A stretch of 64,000 bases of DNA from an uncultured Saprospiraceae bacterium (lineage in GTDB: Bacteria > Bacteroidota > Bacteroidia > Chitinophagales > Saprospiraceae): assembly GCA_964441245.1 (NCBI GenBank), contig CAYTVR010000004.1, forward strand, positions 15,119 through 79,118, given 5' to 3'. The translations under genes and the position numbers were made by a program. Position 1 is the stretch's first letter. Each line of letters opens with the position of its first letter. A model generated the notes under the pieces. That model was not told where the DNA came from, did no database searches, and worked only from the letters and a program-made list of their open reading frames with translations. This document shows positions 37,925 to 47,834 of this stretch, in pieces.

Positions 37925-38905
37925 CGATTTTTGATTTATTTAAGTGATATAATTGTGTAATTATCTCGTAAGTCTGTTTAGGTCATTGCTATTTCAATAT
38001 TTTGCCTCAACTGAAAATAGCCTGTAAGACTTTGCTTAATAAATTGTAGAATCGTTGCACTTTAGTTTGTCATAAGATCAAGTCCTAATTATTTGATCTT
38101 GTATGTCTGTTAATGATCATTCATGTTGTTGATTTTTGGTTGTAAATTATTAATTATCGCTTACCTAGTTATTGATTTACTATCGATCGGGAGTTAATTA
38201 ATCAAGAGTTAATCAAATTTAAACATGGGCAGTTTTATGTATCTTTTAGTTTCAATATGGTGTGTGTTTTTGATTAAAAAATGGTTATGTTTTGGTCAGG
38301 GGCATAGGAATATTGTTAACATGAAAGACCATTAAAAATCATTCATATTTGAAAATAAGGTTTCAAAATCTACTGGTAGACTTTGGTTATAATTCCAATA
38401 AAAGCTAGGGGTTAATAAAAGAAACTTTGGTACACCAATATTCAGATCTCCAATCTTTCTGCAAGATTTAGAGAGAAAGAAACAAAGTGTATAAGTATAA
38501 TTGTAGTATTAGGGAAATAGACCATTTTCGTAAAATGATCCTTTATTCAACAGAAGAGGTCATTAAAACGCAGGCAATAGATATTTTATTTTATTATTGT
38601 TAATAAAATGTTTTAATTTTTCATTCCTTCAATGCTTGGCCCATCAAGAGATCTTTAGTTTTCCTTTAGGCTTGTTACAAATGAATGGCTTTATATTCAT
38701 TAAGTCTTTCATTTTTTTTACCTTAGATGTATTGTCTTTTTTATGACATCTATTCTGTTTTATTATTAATAAAGTCTTCGTGCGGACTGTTTAGTCGGAT
38801 ATGTAACATATCCTCGATTAGCAGATTAAAGATTCATCATAATTCTTAACTAATCCTTATTATTGACTCCGCTTTATTTTATCATCTTTTTTAAAACTAG
38901 ACAAA

Positions 38906-39694
38906 ATGAAAAAAATTTTTACGCTTGCTCTTATTTTTACATTAACTTGGACTTCTGGCTATAGCCAAACGGCTCCAGATTTCACTTTCACAGATACGAA
39001 TGGAGACTCACATACCTTGTCTGAGGCGCTTGCTGAAGGAAAAGTGATTTTATTAGATTTCTTTTTTGTCAATTGTGGTTCTTGTATTAGTCTTGCTCCA
39101 GAAATTGACCAAATCATCGAAGATTATGAAGGGACTACGCTTGAAGTTTGGGCCATAAGTGATCGAGATTCTGATGTGGCCATCGAAAACAGTATTTTCA
39201 AATCTACTCACGAACACCACTTTACTGGTGGAAGTGCTGGAGGAGGAGCTGCTGCTGTCAATTTATTTGCAGGTAATTTCAATTTCACAGGATTTCCTAC
39301 TTATGCTGTTGTTTGTAATGATAATTCTATTACATGGGATATCTGGCCATTAACTGCCGGTGCAAATCAAATCAGAAGCAGATTAACTCCTGAGTGTGGT
39401 GTAGTGGAAACTTTGACCGCTGTATCCACTATTGAAGGAATGAGCGGTACTCAACTTTTTCCTAATCCAACCTCTACAGCCGCTACACTTGAATTTAATT
39501 TAGAAGAAAAAACGACTATCAGTATTGAGTTGGTCAATACTCTTGGCCAAGTGGTTCAGTCTATTTCTTCTCAAAATTATGACGCTGGAATGCAAAGCAT
39601 CAATATTGATGTTTCTTCTTTAGCAAAAGGAATTTATGCAGTAAACATGCGATCAAAAACGGGTACTCACACTATCCAGTTATCTACTCTTTAG
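38906..39694 (+). CDS. Thioredoxin-fold (TlpA/redoxin-like) protein with a T9SS C-terminal sorting domain
   Basis: Signal peptide, VILLDFFFVNCGSC (CxxC) and a C-terminal LFPNPTSTAATLEF...GIYAVNM CTD. Confidence 0.75.
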   Translation: MKKIFTLALIFTLTWTSGYSQTAPDFTFTDTNGDSHTLSEALAEGKVILLDFFFVNCGSCISLAPEIDQIIEDYEGTTLEVWAISDRDSDVAIENSIFKSTHEHHFTGGSAGGGAAAVNLFAGNFNFTGFPTYAVVCNDNSITWDIWPLTAGANQIRSRLTPECGVVETLTAVSTIEGMSGTQLFPNPTSTAATLEFNLEEKTTISIELVNTLGQVVQSISSQNYDAGMQSINIDVSSLAKGIYAVNMRSKTGTHTIQLSTL

Positions 39695-39730
39695 GACTTG
39701 AATTAGATGTAATCATAATAACATATTGTA

Positions 39731-39766
39731 AAAAATCCCTTTCGATCATGATCGAAAGGGATTTTT
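39731..39766 (+). terminator. Rho-independent terminator
   Basis: Long stem aaaaatccctttcgatc / gatcgaaagggattttt. Confidence 0.8.
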
Positions 39767-39790
39767 AGTTAAGGCATATTTAATATTTTT

Positions 39791-39915
39791 GGTTCTTCGA
39801 CAAACCCTGTGTGTATAGACATTCTAAATTGAAATTCAACGCTTTCTCTGGTCGCTTTTTCATCTCACTTTATGAATGTCCATACATACGTACGTACAGA
39901 ATTTATCGAGGAAAG
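39791..39915 (+). mobile_element. MITE copy B (125 bp) with an 8-bp TSD
   Basis: Near-identical to copy A. Flanked by ATATTTTT at 39783-39790 and 39916-39923. Confidence 0.85.
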
Positions 39916-39932
39916 ATATTTTTAAAATGAGT

Positions 39933-41405
39933 TTATACCACCCTTTTCGATACCGTATGTTTTGCTAAAATCCTTAGAGATTCTTTGAGTACTTCCGGAT
40001 CTTTTTGCATGGCCCAAAGTACATCTCTGGCGTATTTAGAACTTTTTTGATAATCAATAATAGGTGGCGGATAGGAACAATCTTCCAACTGGTAAAAAGT
40101 TCGCTCCATCAAGGTTACTTTCCAAGGTTCATGAATAAAAGCATCAGGCATCACTTTCAATTCTGGAACCCATTTTTTGATAAAAATCCCAGTTGGATCT
40201 TGCTCCTTCGATTGTTTGACAGGATTATAAATACGGACGGTATTGATTCCTGTCTCACCTGCTTGCATTTGTAATTGTGGAAAATGAATACCAGGTTCAA
40301 AATCTAAAAAAAGGCTAGCTAAATAAGGAGCGATGGCCTGCCAAGGAAGCCATAATTGTTGCACTGCAAAGGAAACAATCATGGCACGCATTCTAAAATT
40401 AATATATCCCGTTTCGATCAGACAACGCATCACTGCATCTACCAAAGGATAGCCCGTGTTTCCCGTTTTCCATGCCATTAGTTTTTTTTCATCAACTGAC
40501 TTTTCTAGTTTTGCGTAAGCTCGATTGACTGGACGAAATTCCATTTCACATTCCATTTCAAATTTTTGAATGAAGTGTCCTTGCCAACTCAAGCGAGACA
40601 TAAAAGCTGACAATTGTTTCTTGTGTTGTCCAGCTTTATACCTTTTTATACTCTGTTGATAAACTTGTCGGATTGACAAATTTCCCCAAGCCAAATAAGG
40701 AGACAATCGACTACATCCAGTTCTACTTTCTCGTGGTTTGGAAATACTACTCATATAATTTTCGACTCGATCGGTCAAAAACGAATCAAGCGTTTCCATT
40801 GCTTTTGTCATTCCTCCTTCTTGAAAGCGAATGGACTTTTCTTTAGTCGCCAATTCAAACGGATCAAATAAGGTCTCCAGGTTATGGATTCGGCTGTTGT
40901 TGACAAAAAGATGCGGTTCACCGACAAAAGTTAAGATGGGTTGATTCATATATTTGGACCAACTTTTTTTCCACCCATCTCGATTTTTCAAACCTCGAAT
41001 AACTCCATTATTTTGAAATTCTTGCCACTCAATTTTCTTTTTTTGACAAAATGTTTTAAACGACTTATCCCGATCATAGGTAATCTTCAATCCCGTTTCT
41101 TCACTTGAGTATACCGATTGTATATCTAAATATTGATCCAATGTTTCCATGGCCTCAGTCACTTCTAAATGCAGGGTCAATATTTTTGTATCATAAGCTG
41201 ATAAAGTTTGATTCATATCTTCAAGCGATTGCTGAATGAATCGAAAGTGACGTTCACTATAATGCTCATCTTTCATCAAAGAAGGTTCAAAACAATACAG
41301 CAACAAAACTGCATGACCATCCAATGCAGCATGATGTAAAGGAGGATGATCCTCTAATCGCAAATCTCTTTTTAACCAAACAATATTGACTTTCGCTTTT
41401 GGCAT
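39933..41405 (-). CDS. Cryptochrome/photolyase family protein (FAD-binding)
   Basis: The N-terminal [16 protein letters not shown] photolyase alpha/beta domain, [13 protein letters not shown], and the C-terminal FAD-binding region ([18 protein letters not shown]...NPVKQS). The subclass is not resolved. Confidence 0.8.
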   Translation of the reverse strand: MPKAKVNIVWLKRDLRLEDHPPLHHAALDGHAVLLLYCFEPSLMKDEHYSERHFRFIQQSLEDMNQTLSAYDTKILTLHLEVTEAMETLDQYLDIQSVYSSEETGLKITYDRDKSFKTFCQKKKIEWQEFQNNGVIRGLKNRDGWKKSWSKYMNQPILTFVGEPHLFVNNSRIHNLETLFDPFELATKEKSIRFQEGGMTKAMETLDSFLTDRVENYMSSISKPRESRTGCSRLSPYLAWGNLSIRQVYQQSIKRYKAGQHKKQLSAFMSRLSWQGHFIQKFEMECEMEFRPVNRAYAKLEKSVDEKKLMAWKTGNTGYPLVDAVMRCLIETGYINFRMRAMIVSFAVQQLWLPWQAIAPYLASLFLDFEPGIHFPQLQMQAGETGINTVRIYNPVKQSKEQDPTGIFIKKWVPELKVMPDAFIHEPWKVTLMERTFYQLEDCSYPPPIIDYQKSSKYARDVLWAMQKDPEVLKESLRILAKHTVSKRVV

Positions 41406-41564
41406 AAGGAATTAGGTTCTCTTAATCTTTTGTTTTCTAAAAACACTCAACAAATATACACAAAATGTTTTAGACTTAAAACAAATTATTTCATCCCTAG
41501 TCCTAGATTTTGTATGAATAATTCGTTCTCTTTGTTTATATAAAGTCAATTTTTGAGTTAAATG

Positions 41565-41596
41565 CAAAAAAGCCTTACAAAATAAATTGTAAGGCT
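41565..41596 (-). terminator. Rho-independent terminator after tRNA-Leu
   Basis: The agccttacaa / ttgtaaggct stem has a T-run on the minus strand. Confidence 0.7.
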
Positions 41597-41620
41597 AATA
41601 ACAAAACGGTTTTGTTGTTG

Positions 41621-41703
41621 TACCCACGACTGGAGTCGAACCAGCACGTCCGTAGGACACTACCCCCTCAAGGTAGCACGTCTACCAATTCCGTCACGTG
41701 GGT
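41621..41703 (-). tRNA. tRNA-Leu (anticodon GAG), class II with a long variable arm
   Basis: Manually folded. Acceptor ACCCACG/CGTGGGT, U8, the AATTGGTAGA D-loop, anticodon stem CTACC/GGTAG with loop TTGAGGG, variable arm GTCC-TAC-GGAC, and the GGTTCGACTCC T-arm. CCA is not encoded. Confidence 0.9.
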
Positions 41704-41830
41704 AAATCTAAAGTGGTGACAAATTTACAAACAATATCTGGAAATAGAATAGTTCCCTTCAATAATTTAAATTTTACTAGGCTCCTCTAAAAATAAAATA
41801 GTATCTTGAAGTATAAATGACGTAATTTCT

Positions 41831-43825
41831 ATGTACCTAATCGGATATGACATCGGAAGTTCGAGTATCAAAACGGCTTTGATTCGTGCTGATAATCAAA
41901 AAGTTATTGGAATCACTAAATATCCAGAACAAGAAATGGATATGATTTCTCGGCAACGAGGTTGGGCAGAACAAGAACCCGAAATCTGGTGGCGTAATTT
42001 GTGTCTCGGTACAAAAAAATTGATTGCAAAACATAAAATCAATCCTAAAAAAATAAAGGGAATTGGGATCTCTTATCAAATGCATGGCTTGGTAGCCGTC
42101 AATAGTGATTTGCAAGTTTTGAGGCCATCGATTATTTGGTGCGATAGTCGTGCTGTTTCCATTGGCCAACAAGCTTTTAAGGAATTAGGTGAAGAATATT
42201 GTTTAAAAAATTTCCTCAATTCTCCTGGAAATTTTACTGCCTCCAAAATCAAATGGGTCAAAGACAACGAACCGACCGTCTATCAAAAAATTCATAAAAT
42301 TTTGCTCCCTGGTGATTTCATCGCTATGAAATTAACAGGCGAATTGAATACCACTATTTCAGGATTATCCGAAGGAGTACTTTGGGATTTTAAAAAGAAA
42401 AAATTAGCCACACCAATACTCAGTCATTTTGAAATTGATCCCTCACTTATTGCGGATATCACACCTACTTTTTCCCTTAGCGGAAAAGTTCATCAAACGG
42501 CTTCTGAGCAGACAGGTTTGGCCATCGGCACACCCGTTACTTATCGTGCAGGAGACCAACCTAACAATGCACTTTCATTAAATGTTTTGAATCAAGGTGA
42601 AGTCGCTGCGACCAGTGGTACTTCAGGAGTTGTTTATGGAATTGTAGACAAACCCGTTTATGACGAGCAATCAAGAGTCAATGCATTTGCACATGTCAAT
42701 TATGAAAATAATTTTGACCGCATCGGCATATTACTTTGTATTAATGGAGCAGGGATTCAATACAGTTGGATCAAACAACAAATCGCTCTAAGCGGTAAAC
42801 ATTACAATGATATGGAACGAATGGCGAGTACCGTTCCTGTAGGATCGGAAGGCATTTGTTTACTTCCTTTCGGGAATGGTTCAGAACGTATTTTCAATGA
42901 TCGAAATTTAGATGCACATATTTCCAATATTGCTTTTAATCGCCATACTCGGGCACATCTTTATCGCGCTTCTTTGGAAGGAGTTGCCTTCTCTTTTGTC
43001 CATGGAATTAATTTGCTAAAAAGCATGGGACTAAAGGTAGATGTTTTAAAAGTGGGGAATGATAACATGTTCCAATCAAAAATATTTTCAGATACGATCG
43101 CCACCTTGCTCGGCATTCAAATTGAAGTTTTCAATACCACTGGTGCAATTGGAGCAGCACATGCTGCTGGAGTGGCCATTGGCGTTTATGATACCATAGA
43201 AAATGCACTAAAAGAAACTCAACCAGAAACTGTTTTTGAGCCTACGCTCAACTATGGAATGTGTTCTCAAGCCTACAACTATTGGTTAGCTTCCTTAAAT
43301 AAAGTCTTAAACAAAACAAGTGGAAAAAACAATCCATCTATCGCTCAAAAGCTGCGAGATGAAAATCAAAATTATAAAAAAGAATTAAAAATAAAACATC
43401 AACTGATCACTTCTCAAGCTGCTCAGATTGATGGCCAAAATCAGTTATTGAGTTCCATCAAAAAGTCGATTGCGAATTTAGAAAAATCAAGCCAAGATCC
43501 AGACGTTTTACAAGAAGTAAAAAATCTAAAAAAAATAATTCGAAAAGAACAAAGTATCGATAAAACACAGGATATTTTTGAAGAGCATTTTGATTTATTA
43601 AATGATCAATTCATTCATCACATTAGTACTTCTTTTCCTTCACTTTCCTTTGAAGAATTGAAGATGTGTGCCCTTCTAAAACTCAAATTATCGACCAAAG
43701 AAATGGCTACTCAACTTAATATCTCCACTCGAGGAGTAGAAACAAAACGGTATCGCTTACGCAAAAAGCTAAACTTACCAAAAGGAATTAAGCTTGTTCA
43801 ATATTTTAAAAATCTTCCTTCTTAG
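41831..43825 (+). CDS. FGGY-family kinase (xylulokinase paralog) fused to a coiled-coil linker and a C-terminal LuxR/GerE-type HTH
   Basis: Residues 1-~495 align colinearly with the downstream XylB (MYLIGYDIGSSSIK, GWAEQEPE, RPSIIWCDSRA, YRAGDQPNNALS, GILLCINGAGIQYSW, NTTGAIGAA). Residues ~505-600 are heptad-like and Lys/Gln-rich. The C-terminus FPSLSFEELKMCALLKLKLSTKEMATQLNISTRGVETKRYRLRKKLNL is the Bacteroidota LuxR-type output module. Confidence 0.85.
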   Translation: MYLIGYDIGSSSIKTALIRADNQKVIGITKYPEQEMDMISRQRGWAEQEPEIWWRNLCLGTKKLIAKHKINPKKIKGIGISYQMHGLVAVNSDLQVLRPSIIWCDSRAVSIGQQAFKELGEEYCLKNFLNSPGNFTASKIKWVKDNEPTVYQKIHKILLPGDFIAMKLTGELNTTISGLSEGVLWDFKKKKLATPILSHFEIDPSLIADITPTFSLSGKVHQTASEQTGLAIGTPVTYRAGDQPNNALSLNVLNQGEVAATSGTSGVVYGIVDKPVYDEQSRVNAFAHVNYENNFDRIGILLCINGAGIQYSWIKQQIALSGKHYNDMERMASTVPVGSEGICLLPFGNGSERIFNDRNLDAHISNIAFNRHTRAHLYRASLEGVAFSFVHGINLLKSMGLKVDVLKVGNDNMFQSKIFSDTIATLLGIQIEVFNTTGAIGAAHAAGVAIGVYDTIENALKETQPETVFEPTLNYGMCSQAYNYWLASLNKVLNKTSGKNNPSIAQKLRDENQNYKKELKIKHQLITSQAAQIDGQNQLLSSIKKSIANLEKSSQDPDVLQEVKNLKKIIRKEQSIDKTQDIFEEHFDLLNDQFIHHISTSFPSLSFEELKMCALLKLKLSTKEMATQLNISTRGVETKRYRLRKKLNLPKGIKLVQYFKNLPS

Positions 43826-43896
43826 ACAAAATCTTTAAGACTTTAGTTTTTTTTAATGAGTCCATTATTTTGTTTTCTAATTTCTTTCGATATCAG

Positions 43897-43904
43897 TAAT
43901 TTTG
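43897..43904 (+). promoter_or_regulatory. TAnnTTTG (-7-like) element upstream of the multihaem/TPR gene
   Basis: TAATTTTG lies 43 nt upstream of the ATG at 43947. A TTTG sits at 43869-43872. Confidence 0.35.
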
Positions 43905-43946
43905 ACCATAAATCCAAGCTGATGATGTTATCTAAATAATCCATAA

Positions 43947-45881
43947 ATGTTTAAAAATCAAAAAATCATTTATTGTATTCTACTCCTTAGTGCATTTGTT
44001 TTGATGTACTGTGGTCGATTCAATTCTCAACAGGTTGATGTGAGTCAATTCAAAAATATCAGAGACTCCGTGGATTATGTTGGCATGAATACTTGTCGTT
44101 CTTGTCATAATGAGATTCACCAAACATTTATACATACTGGAATGGGCCGTTCTATAGATCGGGCTTCCGCCGAAAAAAGTGACGCAACTTATACGGGGCA
44201 TGAATTAGTCTACGATGAAAACAAGAATTTATATTATCGCCCTTTTTTCAAAGATAGCATCATGTATATCACCGAATTTAGAATTGAAAATGGGGATACC
44301 ACGCATCAACGAACAGAAAAAATCAGCTACATTATTGGTTCAGGTCATCATACCAATTCTCATATTATCGATATCAATGGTTATATTTTTCAAGCGCCCA
44401 TCACCTATTACACCCAAAAAGGAGAATGGGATTTAGCACCCAGTTTTGATAAAGAAAATACCCGCTTCAATCGGACACTTACCCCTGAATGTATTACCTG
44501 CCACAATCATTTCCCAAAGTTTGTCGAAGGTTCCATCAATCGTTTTTCTGATATGCCAACAGGTATTGAGTGTGAAAGATGTCATGGTCCTGGTGAAGTA
44601 CATGTCAAAGAAAAACTAGCTGGAAATATCATCGATACTTCTAAATACATTGATTATAGTATTGTTAATCCTAGGCATTTACCGCGAGACCTTCAAATGG
44701 ATTTATGCCAGCGGTGTCACCTACAAGGAGTCGCTGTTTTGGAAGAAGGAAAAAGCTTTTTTGATTTTCGCCCAGGTATGAAATTAGAAGAAGTCGTCAA
44801 TGTATTTTTGCCCAGAATGACCAACTCTGATGAAAAATTTATAATGGCTTCTCAAGCAGATCGATTGCGACTCAGTCCATGTTATCAATTATCAGAAATG
44901 AGTTGCTTGACTTGCCACAATCCACACATAAGTGTCCAACAAAGCACTGCTCAAAATTATAACCAGACTTGTAATTCTTGTCATACTACTGACCAACAAA
45001 TCAAATGTAGTGCTGCTCAAAATATTCGAAACGAAAAGGCTGATAATTGCATCGCTTGCCATATGCCACCTTCTGAAAGCATCGATATTCCACACGTCAA
45101 TATTACTGATCATTACATTAGCAAATTTGCAGCACAGCGCGGAGAAAAAATAGCGCAAGAAGAGCAAGAAAAAATTGTCCAATTTTTAGAACTAGAAATT
45201 TTGACTAAAGATAATCCAACAGATTTAGACATGGCCAGAGGCTACATTGCACTTTATGATAAATTTCTTTCATCGCCAGCCATGCTTGATTCTGCCGCAC
45301 ATTATTTGTCTTTGATTTCTCAAGAATCTTATCCTATTTTTAAAACCAAAATTCATTACTTCTTTTCCAAACAAGACTATGCTAAAATCGTCAACCTAGC
45401 TACTGATCATCCTAATGAAAGTATAAAAGATGGCTGGACAGCTTATCGAATTGGAGAGGCATTAGTCAATCAGAATGAACAAACCAAAGCCTTACTCTAT
45501 TTTAAAAGAGCCATCCAATTAGACAAATATAATTTAGAATTTCAAGAAAAACTAGGATCACAATACATGGAATTAAGATACCTACAAGAAGCCAAAAAAA
45601 CTTTTGAATTTATTTTACAAGAAAATCCAAAGCGAAAATTAGCACTCAATAATCTTGGTTTCACCAATGTACTTTTAGGCAATTTGACTAAAGGACTAGA
45701 CCTTTATGACCAAGCCATCGCACTAGATCCAGATTACGAAATCGCACTAATGAATAAAGTAGCCATCCTCATACAAGACAAGAATAATATCAATACCGTA
45801 AAAAAATTGATTCAAAATATTCTCAAAATAAACCCAGAAAACAAACAAGCACAAGAAGTCCTCAATCAACTCAGTTTATAA
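43947..45881 (+). CDS. Exported multihaem c-type cytochrome domain (7 CxxCH) fused to TPR repeats
   Basis: The CxxCH motifs are CRSCH, CITCH, CERCH, CQRCH, CLTCH, CNSCH and CIACH. N-terminal signal/anchor. The C-terminal ~200 aa are TPR-like (ALLYFKRAIQLDKYN, LDLYDQAIALDPDYE). Confidence 0.8.
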   Translation: MFKNQKIIYCILLLSAFVLMYCGRFNSQQVDVSQFKNIRDSVDYVGMNTCRSCHNEIHQTFIHTGMGRSIDRASAEKSDATYTGHELVYDENKNLYYRPFFKDSIMYITEFRIENGDTTHQRTEKISYIIGSGHHTNSHIIDINGYIFQAPITYYTQKGEWDLAPSFDKENTRFNRTLTPECITCHNHFPKFVEGSINRFSDMPTGIECERCHGPGEVHVKEKLAGNIIDTSKYIDYSIVNPRHLPRDLQMDLCQRCHLQGVAVLEEGKSFFDFRPGMKLEEVVNVFLPRMTNSDEKFIMASQADRLRLSPCYQLSEMSCLTCHNPHISVQQSTAQNYNQTCNSCHTTDQQIKCSAAQNIRNEKADNCIACHMPPSESIDIPHVNITDHYISKFAAQRGEKIAQEEQEKIVQFLELEILTKDNPTDLDMARGYIALYDKFLSSPAMLDSAAHYLSLISQESYPIFKTKIHYFFSKQDYAKIVNLATDHPNESIKDGWTAYRIGEALVNQNEQTKALLYFKRAIQLDKYNLEFQEKLGSQYMELRYLQEAKKTFEFILQENPKRKLALNNLGFTNVLLGNLTKGLDLYDQAIALDPDYEIALMNKVAILIQDKNNINTVKKLIQNILKINPENKQAQEVLNQLSL

Positions 45882-45990
45882 ATAACATTTGGATATTGAG
45901 TAAAAGATGCTGAATGACCTTTATAAGGATAAAACGCGTTATAGAAGCATTCAAAATTCTCGCATTCAAATCATTCAACCACTCACCCTG

Positions 45991-46009
45991 TTGACGTAGT
46001 TTTGACGTA
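45991..46009 (+). promoter_or_regulatory. Tandem direct repeat TTGACGTA-N3-TTGACGTA upstream of xylB (candidate regulator binding site)
   Basis: Two exact 8-mers with an 11-bp period (45991-45998 and 46002-46009), about 165 nt upstream of the xylB ATG. Confidence 0.35.
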
Positions 46010-46174
46010 TAAAATTAAAATTTAGGCGTGTTTTTGCAGTAGCAAAAGATTTTAGAACTCCCACTTAATCCCCTTTCTTTGTTTTGTATTTATTCAATCT
46101 TTCAAAATAATATTTAGAGAATCAGTCATTATCCTAGATTAATTTTGAATTATCTAACATCTAATCTGAAAACT

Positions 46175-47680
46175 ATGTATTTAATAGGATACGATATAGG
46201 AAGCTCCTCCATTAAAGCCGCATTGATTGAAGCCAAAAGTGGTAAAACGCTGGATTTAGTTCAACATCCTTCTCAAGAAATGAACATCATTTCAAAACAA
46301 ACGGGTTGGGCAGAACAAGAACCTGAACTTTGGTGGGAATCTGTTTGTATCGCCACCAAAATGTTATTAAAAAATACGCAGATTGATCCTAACAAAATAA
46401 CAAGTATTGGAATCGCTTATCAAATGCACGGTTTGGTCGTCGTAGACGAAAACCAAGAAGTATTGCGACCTTCTATTATTTGGTGTGACAGTCGAGCTGT
46501 CGAAATTGGTAATGATGCGTTTGAAAATATTGGCCCAGAAAAATGTTTAGCCACTTATCTTAATTCACCCGGAAATTTTACGGCTTCTAAACTCAAATGG
46601 GTCAAAGAAAATGAACCTGAACGGTATAGCAAGATTCATAAAATAATGTTGCCCGGAGATTTCATTGCCATGAAACTAACGGGTAAAATTTGTACCACTC
46701 CTTCTGGTTTATCTGAAGGCGTTTTATGGGATTTTAAAAATAACAGCACTGCAGATGTTTTGTTGAATCATTATGGTATTTCAAAAAACCTTATTCCTGA
46801 CATAGTCGATACTTTTTCCGTCCAAGGACAACTTACCAAAAAAGCAGCTGAAGCTACAGGACTAAGTACACAAACAGTAGTGGCCTATCGTGCAGGTGAC
46901 CAACCCAACAATGCCTTATCTCTAGGTGTTCATCAACCCAATGAAGTCGCTGCGACTTGCGGTACATCTGGCGTAATCTATGGCATTGCAGATCAATATA
47001 AATATGATCCACAATCTAGAGTAAATAGTTTTGCGCACGTCAATCATAGTCCAAACGCACCACGCGTCGGCATATTGTTGTGTATCAATGGAGCAGGCAT
47101 CCAATACTCATGGGTAAAACAACAAATGGCTTTGGATGGAACCACTTATGATGACATGGAAAAGATACTCAGTGAAATCCCAATTGGTTCCGATGGACTG
47201 AGAATTATTCCTTTCGGAAATGGTGCTGAACGAATGTTATCCAATAAGGAAACCGGCGCACAAATGAACAACTTACAATTCAACAGACACACCAGAGCAC
47301 ACTCTTTTAGAGCTGCGGTGGAAGGAGTTGCTTTTTCTTTTTGTTACGGCTTTCAATTGATGCGCCCACTGGGATTAGAACCCAAAGTGATCAAAGTAGG
47401 CAACGACAATTTATTTCAATCTGCTACTTTTTCTAATACGATTGCGAACTTATTGAATTGTAAAATTGAAGTCGTCAACACCACTGGAGCTATTGGAGCA
47501 GCCAAAGCATCGGGTGTCGCACCGGGTATTTATACTTCATTAGAAGGCGCTTTTCAGCAAATGGAAGTTATCAAAACTTATCAAGCTTCTGAACAAAGAT
47601 CAGCTTATCAGCAAGCTTATGAACTATGGCATCAAGACTTAAAACATTTACTAAATGGAAAAACAAATCAAGATGCTTAA
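46175..47680 (+). CDS. xylB: Xylulokinase
   Basis: FGGY kinase motifs throughout, located directly upstream of xylA. The ATG at 46175 (MYLIGYDIG) is preferred over the TTG at 46145. Confidence 0.9.
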   Translation: MYLIGYDIGSSSIKAALIEAKSGKTLDLVQHPSQEMNIISKQTGWAEQEPELWWESVCIATKMLLKNTQIDPNKITSIGIAYQMHGLVVVDENQEVLRPSIIWCDSRAVEIGNDAFENIGPEKCLATYLNSPGNFTASKLKWVKENEPERYSKIHKIMLPGDFIAMKLTGKICTTPSGLSEGVLWDFKNNSTADVLLNHYGISKNLIPDIVDTFSVQGQLTKKAAEATGLSTQTVVAYRAGDQPNNALSLGVHQPNEVAATCGTSGVIYGIADQYKYDPQSRVNSFAHVNHSPNAPRVGILLCINGAGIQYSWVKQQMALDGTTYDDMEKILSEIPIGSDGLRIIPFGNGAERMLSNKETGAQMNNLQFNRHTRAHSFRAAVEGVAFSFCYGFQLMRPLGLEPKVIKVGNDNLFQSATFSNTIANLLNCKIEVVNTTGAIGAAKASGVAPGIYTSLEGAFQQMEVIKTYQASEQRSAYQQAYELWHQDLKHLLNGKTNQDA

Positions 47681-47834
47681 CACATTTTTAAATATAAGAC
47701 TTAGTAATTCGATACTTTCAATCTTTTTCTTAATTTTTGCCTTTTAAATAAGCATAGACAGCAATTGATTATAGATTCAACTCAAAGAATAGTAGTTTTA
47801 AAAAAATTATTTCAAATAAATAAAAACGTTACAA

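Noticed and set aside
41818-41824. Single TGACGTA heptamer 6 nt upstream of the kinase-HTH start codon, as evidence for autoregulation
   Set aside because: A single 7-mer is expected several times by chance in 64 kb on two strands. Related TTGACGT strings also occur at about 5107 and 5236. It is kept only as a side note to the tandem repeat finding.
46145-46174. TTG start extending xylB by 10 codons, and similarly the GTG start at 57426 for the sigma factor
   Set aside because: Alignment with the paralog (MYLIGYDIG) supports the ATG at 46175 for xylB, and ECF region 2 spacing supports the ATG at 57480 for the sigma factor. The extensions add non-conserved residues.
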